Assembly (NCBI GenBank): GCA_013151965.1
Contig: JAADHF010000089.1
Location: forward strand, 1 to 44,206
Source: Spirochaetota bacterium
GTDB lineage: Bacteria > Spirochaetota > Spirochaetia > SZUA-6
Direction of reading: 5' to 3'
DNA: 44,206 nt
The notes beneath the pieces were generated by a model that made no database searches, was not told the origin of the DNA, and saw only the letters and a program-made list of their open reading frames with translations. The number at the start of each line of letters is the position of its first letter. Position 1 is the first letter of the stretch. Shown here piece after piece: positions 18,341 through 27,231 of the stretch. The translations under genes and the position numbers were made by a program.

Positions 18341-18847
18341 TTGTATTCCACGGGCATAGCGTACTTTTTATGGTTAATTTCGGGTTTCGGAGCTTTGGGG
18401 TTCCACAGGTTCTATCTTGGCAGATTCGGGACAGGACTGCTCTATCTTTTCACAGGAGGTCTTTTCGGCCTGGGAGGCTTTTTTGACCTCTTCTATATAC
18501 CGGTAATGGTCCGCGAGGCCAACCTGCAGACAGGCTACCGTAATGCCATGTTCGGAAGTTTCGGAAATTATAAAGCCGGGATCGATACGGGCGGTTTTTT
18601 CCGGGACAGGACAAAGGAATCGGCGGAGCGGATCATCTTAAAAGCGGCAAAGAGGAATGAAGGTGTGGTTTCACCGGGAGAAATTGCACTGCAGGCCGAC
18701 ATCACAATAGACAAAGCCAAATCTCTTCTGGAAAAACTTGTAGAGGAAGGCTATGCGGATTTACGGGTTAAAAAGACAGGCATGCTTGTATATGTTTTTC
18801 CGGAATTCCTGTCGGAAGAAAAAAGCAACGAGCTCGAAGACTTTTAA
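18341..18847 (+). CDS. TM2-domain membrane protein with a C-terminal soluble (winged-helix-like) domain
   Basis: N-terminus GIAYFLWLISGFGALGFHRFYLGRFGTGLLYLF is a TM2-domain signature. The TTG start has SD AAGGAG 6 nt upstream. Confidence 0.65.
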   Translation: MYSTGIAYFLWLISGFGALGFHRFYLGRFGTGLLYLFTGGLFGLGGFFDLFYIPVMVREANLQTGYRNAMFGSFGNYKAGIDTGGFFRDRTKESAERIILKAAKRNEGVVSPGEIALQADITIDKAKSLLEKLVEEGYADLRVKKTGMLVYVFPEFLSEEKSNELEDF

Positions 18848-18859
18848 TAATGTAATTCC

Positions 18860-18893
18860 CATCCATGTTGATATAACATCCATGTTGACATAA
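18860..18893 (+). repeat. Tandem 17-bp direct repeat (CATCCATGTTGATATAA / CATCCATGTTGACATAA) immediately upstream of alaS
   Basis: 16 of 17 nt are identical and the two copies abut head to tail. Each copy contains a -35-like TTGAYA. Confidence 0.6.
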
Positions 18894-18921
18894 TCCCCCT
18901 CTGCACATACTATGCTTATCC

Positions 18922-20718
18922 ATGACAGCTGATGAATTGAGAAAAAAATATATCGAGTTTTTCACCTCCCGCGGTCATGCGGAGATTTCCGGCATGTCCT
19001 TAATTCCGGAAAATGACCCGACCGTACTCTTTACAACAGCGGGAATGCATCCCCTTGTTCCCTACATTTTAGGAGAGCCCCACCCGGCAGGCAGGAGACT
19101 CGTTAATTATCAGAAGTGCATAAGGACTGTGGATATTAATTCCGTAGGAGACACATCGCACCTCACATTCTTTGAGATGCTGGGAAACTGGTCCCTTGGG
19201 GACTACTTTAAGAAAGAAGCGGTCGAGTATAGTTTCGAGTTCCTTACATCGGAGAAGTGGCTCGGGTTCTCCCCGGAAAAACTGTATATAACGGTATTTA
19301 AGGGAGATTCGGAAGTTCCGCAGGATGAAGAAACCGCTTTAATATGGAAATCGCTCGGAATACCCGATGAGAGGATCTACTTTATGCCGAGAGAGGACAA
19401 CTGGTGGGGACCTGCGGGAACAACCGGTCCGTGCGGTCCGGATTCCGAGATGTTTATCGACACGGGGAAACCTCCCTGTTCAAAAACATGCAGACCCGGC
19501 TGTTCCTGCGGCAGGTACTTCGAAATCTGGAACGATGTATTCATGCAGTACAACAAAACGGAAAACGGCGGCTATCTTCCCCTGGAACAGAAAACCGTCG
19601 ACACCGGAATGGGGCTGGAAAGAACCGCTGCCATGCTTCAGGGCAAACACTCCGTTTACGAAACGGAGCTTTTCGCGCCGGTAATCTCAATTATCGAAGA
19701 TATCACAGGGAAATCTTACGGAAAAGATCCGGAAGCAGATCATTCCATTAGAATTATCGCAGATCATATCCGGGCTTCCGTTTTTATTTTAGGAGATGAA
19801 AGAGGCGTTAAACCCTCTAACTTAGGCCAGGGGTATATCCTGAGACGGCTTATAAGAAGGGCAATAAGGCACGGCAGAAAACTTGCCCCTGATAGAAATA
19901 TCTTAAAAGAACCGGTGTTAAAGGTAATAGACATTTATAAGGATACATATCCGGTACTTTTAGAAAAACAAAATTTTATTACGGATGAAGTGGAAACAGA
20001 GTCCGGCAGATTTCTTTATGCACTTAAAAAAGGCGAACACGAATTCGAAAAGATGCTTCCCAATCTTTTAAAGAATCCTGAAAAAATTATTCCGGGAAGG
20101 CTTGCATTTAAACTCTACGATACATACGGATTTCCAGTGGAAATAACGGAAGAGATCGCAGGGGAGCACGGATTGAGCGTCGACAGGGCAGAATTCGAAG
20201 GGGCATTTAAAAAACACCAGGAATTGTCCAAAAAGGGTGCGGAAAAGACATTTAAAGGCGGTCTTGCAGACAATACGGAGATAGTAACCAGGCTTCATAC
20301 AGCTACTCACCTGCTTCATAAAGCACTAAGAGTTGTTTTAGGAGACCATGTTGCACAGCAGGGAAGCAACATAACCGGCGAACGGTTAAGATTCGATTTT
20401 TCGCATCCGGAGAAGATGACTCCGGAACAGATAAAGGAAGTAGAAGATATTGTAAATGAACAGATTAAACGTGACCTTCCGGTCACATTCGAGATGATGA
20501 GCATCGAAGAAGCAAAGAAATCGGGCGCTGTTGCCCTCTTTTCGGAAAAGTACGGAGAAAACGTAAAAGTTTATTCCATCGGTGATTTCTCTAAAGAAGT
20601 ATGCGGAGGACCGCATGTACAGCATACGGGAGAACTCGGGAGATTTAAAATAGTTAAAGAACAATCTTCCTCCGCAGGCGTCAGAAGAATAAGAGCTATT
20701 TTAGAGCAGGATCTATAA
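18922..20718 (+). CDS. alaS: Alanyl-tRNA synthetase, short form (catalytic, tRNA-recognition and editing domains; no C-terminal oligomerisation/C-Ala domain)
   Basis: N-terminus FFTSRGHAEISGMSLIPENDPTVLFTTAGMHP matches the class-II AlaRS catalytic core. The editing-domain motif HTATHLLHKALRVVLG is present. At 598 aa its length is comparable to the short spirochaete AlaRS. Confidence 0.85.
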   Translation: MTADELRKKYIEFFTSRGHAEISGMSLIPENDPTVLFTTAGMHPLVPYILGEPHPAGRRLVNYQKCIRTVDINSVGDTSHLTFFEMLGNWSLGDYFKKEAVEYSFEFLTSEKWLGFSPEKLYITVFKGDSEVPQDEETALIWKSLGIPDERIYFMPREDNWWGPAGTTGPCGPDSEMFIDTGKPPCSKTCRPGCSCGRYFEIWNDVFMQYNKTENGGYLPLEQKTVDTGMGLERTAAMLQGKHSVYETELFAPVISIIEDITGKSYGKDPEADHSIRIIADHIRASVFILGDERGVKPSNLGQGYILRRLIRRAIRHGRKLAPDRNILKEPVLKVIDIYKDTYPVLLEKQNFITDEVETESGRFLYALKKGEHEFEKMLPNLLKNPEKIIPGRLAFKLYDTYGFPVEITEEIAGEHGLSVDRAEFEGAFKKHQELSKKGAEKTFKGGLADNTEIVTRLHTATHLLHKALRVVLGDHVAQQGSNITGERLRFDFSHPEKMTPEQIKEVEDIVNEQIKRDLPVTFEMMSIEEAKKSGAVALFSEKYGENVKVYSIGDFSKEVCGGPHVQHTGELGRFKIVKEQSSSAGVRRIRAILEQDL

Positions 20719-21715
20719 CACAGAGCTGTCCGCAGGCCCCGTTTATTCCCCTGCCCCTTCTGTAGCGTTCCGTAACAGCCACACCCGCTTTAACAAGCCT
20801 GTTCTTAAACCTCAGCACTTCAGAAGGAGAAGGTTCTTTAAAATGGATATCTTCAGCCGGGTTCCACGGTATTATATTTACTACAACCTTTAAAGGCGGA
20901 ATAAATTTAAGCAGACTTTCCATATCCTCTGCCCTGTCATTTACTCCCTTTAAAAGTACGATTTCCAGAGTGATTCTCTTTCCGGTTTTTTTTTGATAAT
21001 AAAGCAGGGCATCTTTTGTCTCTTTTAAGGGATATCTCCTGTTTGCCGGCACAAGCATACTGCGGAGTACAGGATCAGCAGTAATCAGGGAAAGTGCAAT
21101 TCTAGTATGAGGGCCGTTTTCCGCCATATCGTACATCTTCGGCACAATTCCGCACGTCGAAACGGTAATCTTTCGGAAACTGATCCCGCAGCCGCCGGGA
21201 TGATGAAAGATTTCGACGGCCCTACGAAGATTCTCAAGATTTTCAAGGGGTTCTCCCATTCCCATAAAAACTATATTTGTAATTCTGCCGTACCCTGATA
21301 CCAGTAAGAGCATCTGTTCCACGATTTCATAACTTTTAAGGTTCCGTTTAAGGCCCATCTTTCCCGTTCTGCAGAAGGCGCATCCCATGCCGCATCCGGC
21401 CTGGACGGAAAGACAGGCTGTTTTTCTTCCGTTTCTGTCGGTTAAAAGGACTGCCTCTATAAAAGAAGCGTCTTCTAATTTTATCTTTAATTTTACAGTC
21501 CCATCGGAACCGGTAAGTGTATTCTCTAACCCGGAAGAAATATAGAGCTTCTCATAAAGTGTTCTGCGTAATTCCTTTGAAAGATTGGTCATATTCTGAA
21601 ATTCCAGTGTTCCGCTCTGTACCCACTTAAAGATTTGAGTACCCTGATATTTATGCCGGAGACTTAAGGAACCGGAAATCTCATCGGGAAGCAATGAGGC
21701 AACGGGAATCTTCAT
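20696..21715 (-). CDS. rlmN: 23S rRNA m2A2503 / tRNA m2A37 methyltransferase, radical SAM
   Basis: Radical-SAM cluster motif CGMGCAFCRTG, RlmN-like length (339 aa) and a second Cys region. It converges on alaS with a 23-nt 3' overlap. Confidence 0.85.
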   Translation of the reverse strand: MKIPVASLLPDEISGSLSLRHKYQGTQIFKWVQSGTLEFQNMTNLSKELRRTLYEKLYISSGLENTLTGSDGTVKLKIKLEDASFIEAVLLTDRNGRKTACLSVQAGCGMGCAFCRTGKMGLKRNLKSYEIVEQMLLLVSGYGRITNIVFMGMGEPLENLENLRRAVEIFHHPGGCGISFRKITVSTCGIVPKMYDMAENGPHTRIALSLITADPVLRSMLVPANRRYPLKETKDALLYYQKKTGKRITLEIVLLKGVNDRAEDMESLLKFIPPLKVVVNIIPWNPAEDIHFKEPSPSEVLRFKNRLVKAGVAVTERYRRGRGINGACGQLCVIDPALK

Positions 21716-21734
21716 TTCTTAAGACCGAATTCTC

Positions 21735-22841
21735 TTAAAATCTTAATCCTTCAAGTTTATTCTTAATGGCCGTATTCTTATAACCCATCCTTAAGAATCT
21801 TGTAAGAATCTCTTTGGCTTTATCCTTATGATCGAGCTCTATATAACAGCCGGCTATTTCCAGATACAACCTCGCATTTCGCGGATCATTTACAAGCAGC
21901 CCGGATAAAGACTCTATGGCCTTAAGATAGTCCCCTCTTTCCTTGCTGATTAATGCAAGCCCCAAAACCGCATAGGTATCGAATTCTATATTAAGGGCCT
22001 TCTGATAGTACTCTTCCGCTTTATCAAAATCTTTCAGATTTCTATATGCATCACCTACCCGTGTCAGAATGACCTTATTATTCGAATCATACTCGAGTAT
22101 TTTCTTCCAGTACTGCATCGATTTTTCCTGCTCATTTAATCCTCTGTAGCAGTCTGCCATTCCAAAAAGAGCATAAAAATTATCCGGTTGAATCTCCAGA
22201 GCTTTTCTGAAGTATATAAGTCCCTGGTCGAATGTTTTAAGCTTCCTGTGGCAGTTACCCAGGGAGGTAAGTACCTTTATATTAGCAGGATCTCTTCTGT
22301 GCATTCTTTCCCAGTACTGCAAGGCCGTATGGTAGTCCTTTTTATCAAAATGGAGATATCCGAGTCCGGTCAGCGCATAGGGGTTGTCGTCTTCAATTGC
22401 AAGGACCTTTAAATATATTTCTTTGGACCGGTCAAATTCCTTAATCTTACGAAATGCATCCGCTACCCTTGTCAGAACAGTTATATCGGTTTCTCCCTGA
22501 GAAAGATACTTTTCCCAGATTTCTATTGCCTTCCTGTACTGCCGAAGAGCCCTGTAACAATCAGCCAGGCCGATAAGAGCATATTTATTGCCATTGTGAA
22601 ATCCAAGACACCTCTGATAAAAACGGATAGCTTTATCGTAATTCCCCTTCTTTCTCTCGATATCACCAAGCCCCACCAGGGCGTAGTTATTCTCATCATC
22701 AAGCTCCAGAATCTCATTGAATTTGGCTTCCGCCTCATCGAACCTTCTATCTTTAATCAGTATATAACCTACCCTGGAAAGTTCCGCCAGTTTTTCATGA
22801 ATTCCGGTATCCTGTTCTCTGTTATTTTCTTCATTCATCAT
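21735..22841 (-). CDS. Tetratricopeptide-repeat protein
   Basis: About nine 34-aa repeats with the W-LG-Y-A-F-A-P pattern (for example YALVGLGDIERKKGNYDKAIRFYQRCL). Confidence 0.8.
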   Translation of the reverse strand: MMNEENNREQDTGIHEKLAELSRVGYILIKDRRFDEAEAKFNEILELDDENNYALVGLGDIERKKGNYDKAIRFYQRCLGFHNGNKYALIGLADCYRALRQYRKAIEIWEKYLSQGETDITVLTRVADAFRKIKEFDRSKEIYLKVLAIEDDNPYALTGLGYLHFDKKDYHTALQYWERMHRRDPANIKVLTSLGNCHRKLKTFDQGLIYFRKALEIQPDNFYALFGMADCYRGLNEQEKSMQYWKKILEYDSNNKVILTRVGDAYRNLKDFDKAEEYYQKALNIEFDTYAVLGLALISKERGDYLKAIESLSGLLVNDPRNARLYLEIAGCYIELDHKDKAKEILTRFLRMGYKNTAIKNKLEGLRF

Positions 22842-23181
22842 TTTCCCTCAACCATTTTCGTATTATTTCCCCCATTTTCTCCGTCATGACCTGCACTTTT
22901 TTAGTGTCGGGAGCCATCCAGTACATTTTAAAAGCTTCCAGAGGCAGTTCCTGCTTAAGGTAATGGTCACCGATTCTTATAAGACCGTCAGAATAACCGG
23001 CCGTAATAAAAATCCTTTTTGCAAGATCGATTTTCCCCCGGTTAAATAATTCGTTGCCCTTTCTTATCAGTGCAACTTTGTCCCTGGAATTCAGACTTAC
23101 AGATCTATCTACGGTTACCTTCAGGAACCCTTCCCCGGGAAGGCTATTCAGTATTTTCTTTACCTTTTCCTTTTTACTCAT
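22831..23181 (-). CDS. Small hypothetical protein (one TPR-like helix pair)
   Basis: 116-aa ORF overlapping the TPR gene start by 11 nt. No recognisable catalytic motif. Confidence 0.45.
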   Translation of the reverse strand: MSKKEKVKKILNSLPGEGFLKVTVDRSVSLNSRDKVALIRKGNELFNRGKIDLAKRIFITAGYSDGLIRIGDHYLKQELPLEAFKMYWMAPDTKKVQVMTEKMGEIIRKWLRENDE

Positions 23182-23198
23182 ATAAAATTCTCTATATA

Positions 23199-23801
23199 CT
23201 ACAGCATCCCTTTTGTCGACATATCACTCTGAGTATCTTCCGACGGAGTGTATGCAATATGCAGGGCTTTCCCCAGGGCTTTGAACATTGATTCTATCAT
23301 ATGATGGCTGTTTAAGCCATAGCGAATTGATACATGGAGATTGATTTTAGCCCTTACGGTAAGTGCATAGAGATATTCATGAATCAAAGCCGCATCAAAA
23401 TCTCCGATTCTTCTTTGAGGAAAATCAGCCGTGTACCTGAGATACGGCCTTCCGCAGACATCAACTGCGACTTCCGATAGCGCATCATCCATCGGTATTA
23501 CCGCATAACCATACCGCCTTAAATTTCCATATTCTTTAAGTACATCCGCAAGAATATCTCCTGTTACCAGTCCGACATCCTCCACTAAATGATGCGGATC
23601 GACATCTATATCGCCCTCTGCCGTAATTTCCATGCCGAAAAAACCGTGAAATGCCATGGCATGCAGCATATGATTAAAAAACGGTATCCCCGTATCTATA
23701 TTAATTATCTCACGGGATGCAAAATCGATAGAGATCTGTATATTCGTTTCTTTCGTCTTTCTCTTACCGGTAAATTTATCAGTCACAAGATTATCCCCCA
23801 C
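23199..23801 (-). CDS. hisB: Imidazoleglycerol-phosphate dehydratase (monofunctional)
   Basis: HisB metal-binding motifs NHMLHAMAFHG and DPHHLVEDVG. Length 200 aa. Confidence 0.9.
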   Translation of the reverse strand: MGDNLVTDKFTGKRKTKETNIQISIDFASREIINIDTGIPFFNHMLHAMAFHGFFGMEITAEGDIDVDPHHLVEDVGLVTGDILADVLKEYGNLRRYGYAVIPMDDALSEVAVDVCGRPYLRYTADFPQRRIGDFDAALIHEYLYALTVRAKINLHVSIRYGLNSHHMIESMFKALGKALHIAYTPSEDTQSDMSTKGML

Positions 23802-23831
23802 ATTTATTTCTGCTGATCACGGAGAATTCCG

Positions 23832-24470
23832 TTAATGCCTGCCCTCTTTAAGCCTTCTAACAAAATCATCGACCCTTTTATAGTTTAATTTATAGTACGC
23901 AGGATTAGAAATGAGATAAACTTTAACCCATGACAATACCTCGACAATCTCCAGATTATTTTCTTTTAAGGTATTCCCTGTTTCGACAAGATCCACTATA
24001 TAGTGTGTTAATCCTAAGATCGGGGCCAATTCTATGGAGCCTGAAAGTTTTATAATCTCCACCGGTACTCCCATAGAGTGGAAATACCGTTCTGCAAACA
24101 CCGGAAACTTTGTTGCCACCTTAAGCTTAATCTGTCTGTCCGGGGAGACCTTATCTCCTTTTCTACATGCCAGACACATTCTCGTACTGCCGAAGGAAAA
24201 TTCAAAAAGCTTATAAAACTCATATCCTGTTTCGGCAATTACATCTTCTCCGCAAATACCTAAGCCCGCTATCCCATGCTTAACATATATAGGCAGATCC
24301 GCATTTTTTACAAGAAGAAACTTAAGGCGGTTTTCACTGTCTATCGTTACGAGTTCCCGCCCCGTAAAAGAAAAATTACAGCCGCACAGTGAAAGATAAT
24401 TTCCTATACTATCAATAAGCCTGCCCTTGGGCAGGGCAATTGTAACGAAATCTTCCGATACACCGCTCAT
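23832..24470 (-). CDS. hisG: ATP phosphoribosyltransferase, short form
   Basis: 212 aa. N-terminus TIALPKGRL and overall HisG(S) length. An ATGA overlap links it to the upstream hisZ. Confidence 0.9.
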   Translation of the reverse strand: MSGVSEDFVTIALPKGRLIDSIGNYLSLCGCNFSFTGRELVTIDSENRLKFLLVKNADLPIYVKHGIAGLGICGEDVIAETGYEFYKLFEFSFGSTRMCLACRKGDKVSPDRQIKLKVATKFPVFAERYFHSMGVPVEIIKLSGSIELAPILGLTHYIVDLVETGNTLKENNLEIVEVLSWVKVYLISNPAYYKLNYKRVDDFVRRLKEGRH

Positions 24471-25603
24471 AAGCAGACAATCCTTCCCGAAGCTCTCATA
24501 GTATCAGCTTTTCTGCAGCGCACAAGAAAATCCTCATCCTTTAGAAATGTTATACTTCCGGCAGGTTTAAAACGCTTTACAGTTTCCGCAATCTGTTCCA
24601 CCTTCCTCAGCATGATGGAAAAACCTGCAGCAGGTGCACTGTATCCGAAGGAACTGAAAAGATTATTGTATCTTCCTCCCGAAGCTATCGATGTATCTAC
24701 CCCTTTCAGATAAACCTGAAATGATAAACCGGTATAGTAATCCTGGCCGCCGATTTCGGAGAGATCTATTTTTACCTGCTCTGCAGTATCTAATTTTTCC
24801 AGATATGCGTAGATTTTTATAAGATATTCTATCTCTTCTTTTGTTTCTTTTTTTAAATTCGAATTCATCCCATCCAGCAAATCCTGTAATTCGGAACCCG
24901 TGCCGATAAACGAAAACAGATCGATCAGATTTCTGCAGAACAGCTCCGGCTTGTACTTTTCGAGAAGATATTTTAATTCTACCCAATCCCTTACTCTTAT
25001 TGCCTGTAATGCTTCCTTTCTTACCGAATCATTTTCCTCACCGGCAAATCCGCTGAAACAGAATCCGAATAGATTCCTCGATCCTATATGAATCTGTGAT
25101 TCGGATATCCCCAACAGCTTTAGCGAAGAAACAAGCAGGAGGATAATCTCAAGGTCGGCTTCTATACCATTCTTTCCTATTAACTCCGCCCCGACCTGAA
25201 AAAATTCATTATGGGAAATATCCTCATTGCTCTGATACCTTAAGATCGTATCCGCATAGCAGACCCTTAACGGAAGAATGTCATCACTGAGTATCAGCCC
25301 GATTTGTTTTGCCATAAACAATGTTATATCCGAACGCAGCATTAGAAGGTCGCCGTTTCTGTCTATAAGCCTGTATACCTTCTCACGCGTTCCGGTATTC
25401 ATCATTCTGCTGTAAATATCATAGAAATCAAAAACCGGTGTTTCTATCGGCAGATATCCCCAGAGATTAAAAAGTTCAAGCAACGAATTTTCAATTTTTC
25501 TGTGTAAATAAGCCTCTTCCAGCTGAAAACTCTCCGTTCCTTTGGGTATCTGAAGTAATTTTCTCCTATCCATATATGCCTCTGTACATCCTTTATTCAA
25601 CAA
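24467..25603 (-). CDS. hisZ: ATP phosphoribosyltransferase regulatory subunit (HisRS paralog)
   Basis: Class-II aaRS-like core without an anticodon-binding domain. Its pairing with a short-form hisG implies HisZ. The true start may be the internal MDRRKLLQIPKGTES (25573). Confidence 0.75.
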   Translation of the reverse strand: MLNKGCTEAYMDRRKLLQIPKGTESFQLEEAYLHRKIENSLLELFNLWGYLPIETPVFDFYDIYSRMMNTGTREKVYRLIDRNGDLLMLRSDITLFMAKQIGLILSDDILPLRVCYADTILRYQSNEDISHNEFFQVGAELIGKNGIEADLEIILLLVSSLKLLGISESQIHIGSRNLFGFCFSGFAGEENDSVRKEALQAIRVRDWVELKYLLEKYKPELFCRNLIDLFSFIGTGSELQDLLDGMNSNLKKETKEEIEYLIKIYAYLEKLDTAEQVKIDLSEIGGQDYYTGLSFQVYLKGVDTSIASGGRYNNLFSSFGYSAPAAGFSIMLRKVEQIAETVKRFKPAGSITFLKDEDFLVRCRKADTMRASGRIVCL

Positions 25604-25670
25604 AGACTTTATCCCGCTTTATTCCGGTACAACTTGATAATTCTTTAGTTCCGGGATACAATAAGATACA

Positions 25671-27197
25671 ATGAAAGAAGAATTTAAGAAAGAGATTTTT
25701 CACTCGAGCATATCCTCCGTTACGGTTTTTAACGGCCTTGCACTGATACGAAGAACTGCGGAAATCAAAATCGACAGCGGGAAATGGGATGTGATTCTTA
25801 ATCCGATCCCGTCAAAAGCCAAACCGGAAACACTGCGTGCCCGGATAGTTTCTGATAAGGGCTCTGCAAAGATGATCGGACTTAATTACTCCGAAGAATA
25901 CAAAAGCCATAAGGACATCGAAGAGAAAAGACTTCTGGAAAAGGAAATCGATTATCTAAAGAGCCAGTTATATGAATTACAGGCCAGGATTCAACTCTGT
26001 GATGAAAAGAGGAATTTCTTACAATCGATAAAAACCCGGTCTATAAACGAAGCCCAGTTTCAGATGACTGCAGACAAACCGACCCCTGAGGATTGGCAGA
26101 ATTCTTTTGATTATATCTTCAGTACAGAAGAAAAAATTCTGAAAGAAGAAAGAGCGCTGCGTGATAAACTGGCAGAGATGACCGGCAGAGTGGAAGAGAA
26201 AAGCAAAGAGCTGGAAAAGAAACAGACACCGTCTATCCAGGCTTACTACTTTGCACATATCTACATCGATGTGCTTAAATCAGGAACATTTACAGTATCG
26301 GTAGATTATATTGTCGATGATGCAACGTGGTTTTCCGATTACGAATTAAGGGTAAATAAAGGCCGGGAACAGTCATTTCTTACTTTCTGCGCCATTGTAC
26401 ACCAGAATACCGGCGAAGATTGGACGGATGCCAGGCTTTTTTTATCTACGGCGATTCCCACAAGAGAACTTAAAATACCGGAGGTCCAGCCATGGATTAT
26501 CAGGGGAATACAGGTTGACAGGGAGGAAGAAGAAGATACGGAACCGGCAGTTCTGGATACGGATGTTTCAGAGGAGGGAGCGGCGGGAATAACACTGGCA
26601 GTGGATCAGTCTGTACTTATTCCGGCAACCGGCGAACCCGTTAAGGTAGTTATTTACAGCGAGAAGGAAATTCCATGCAGGCTCATGCGCAAGTGTCTGC
26701 CGCAGCAGTCATCCAATGTTTATCTATACTCAGAGACGAATAATCCATTCGATTTCCCCATCCTGCCGGGCAAGGTAACAATCTTCCATGACAACAACTT
26801 TAACGGGGAGACGAGGTTTTCAAGTATAGCGCCGGGAGAAGACTTTATACTGAAAGCCGGAATCGACGAAGATGCCGATACAAGCTGGAAATTAAGCAAA
26901 AAAAAGAAAAGAATCAAAGAGGGCAGAGTGATACATACACTGGCCTACAGGGGAATCTTAAAAAACAGGAATTCCTCGGATATAAATGCGGAGATAGATA
27001 TTTCGATGCCTGTTTCACAGGAAGACACGGTTAAGATAACCGAAATAACAATAAACCCGAAGAATGTAACCAAATTGAACGAATCAACCGTGAGAATAAC
27101 TAAAACCCTGGAAAGTAATTCCGTTTTTGAATACGAACTATCGTTTAACCTTGAATACCCCGAAAATATCCAGATTCACGGAATAAAATTCTTTTAA
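25671..27197 (+). CDS. Hypothetical protein with a central coiled coil (possibly a DUF4139/MuiA-like family member)
   Basis: 508 aa with a beta-rich N-terminal region, a long heptad-repeat/charged segment (EEKRLLEKEIDYLKSQLYELQARIQ...) and a beta-rich C-terminal half. The family call is from memory of the architecture only. Confidence 0.55.
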   Translation: MKEEFKKEIFHSSISSVTVFNGLALIRRTAEIKIDSGKWDVILNPIPSKAKPETLRARIVSDKGSAKMIGLNYSEEYKSHKDIEEKRLLEKEIDYLKSQLYELQARIQLCDEKRNFLQSIKTRSINEAQFQMTADKPTPEDWQNSFDYIFSTEEKILKEERALRDKLAEMTGRVEEKSKELEKKQTPSIQAYYFAHIYIDVLKSGTFTVSVDYIVDDATWFSDYELRVNKGREQSFLTFCAIVHQNTGEDWTDARLFLSTAIPTRELKIPEVQPWIIRGIQVDREEEEDTEPAVLDTDVSEEGAAGITLAVDQSVLIPATGEPVKVVIYSEKEIPCRLMRKCLPQQSSNVYLYSETNNPFDFPILPGKVTIFHDNNFNGETRFSSIAPGEDFILKAGIDEDADTSWKLSKKKKRIKEGRVIHTLAYRGILKNRNSSDINAEIDISMPVSQEDTVKITEITINPKNVTKLNESTVRITKTLESNSVFEYELSFNLEYPENIQIHGIKFF

Positions 27198-27231
27198 GCC
27201 CTCTGCCTTCTTAAATTCGTATTGCGTCTTA

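Noticed and set aside
19367-19751. Arg-rich alternate-frame ORFs inside alaS
   Set aside because: They are out-of-frame overlaps within a strongly supported AlaRS coding region.
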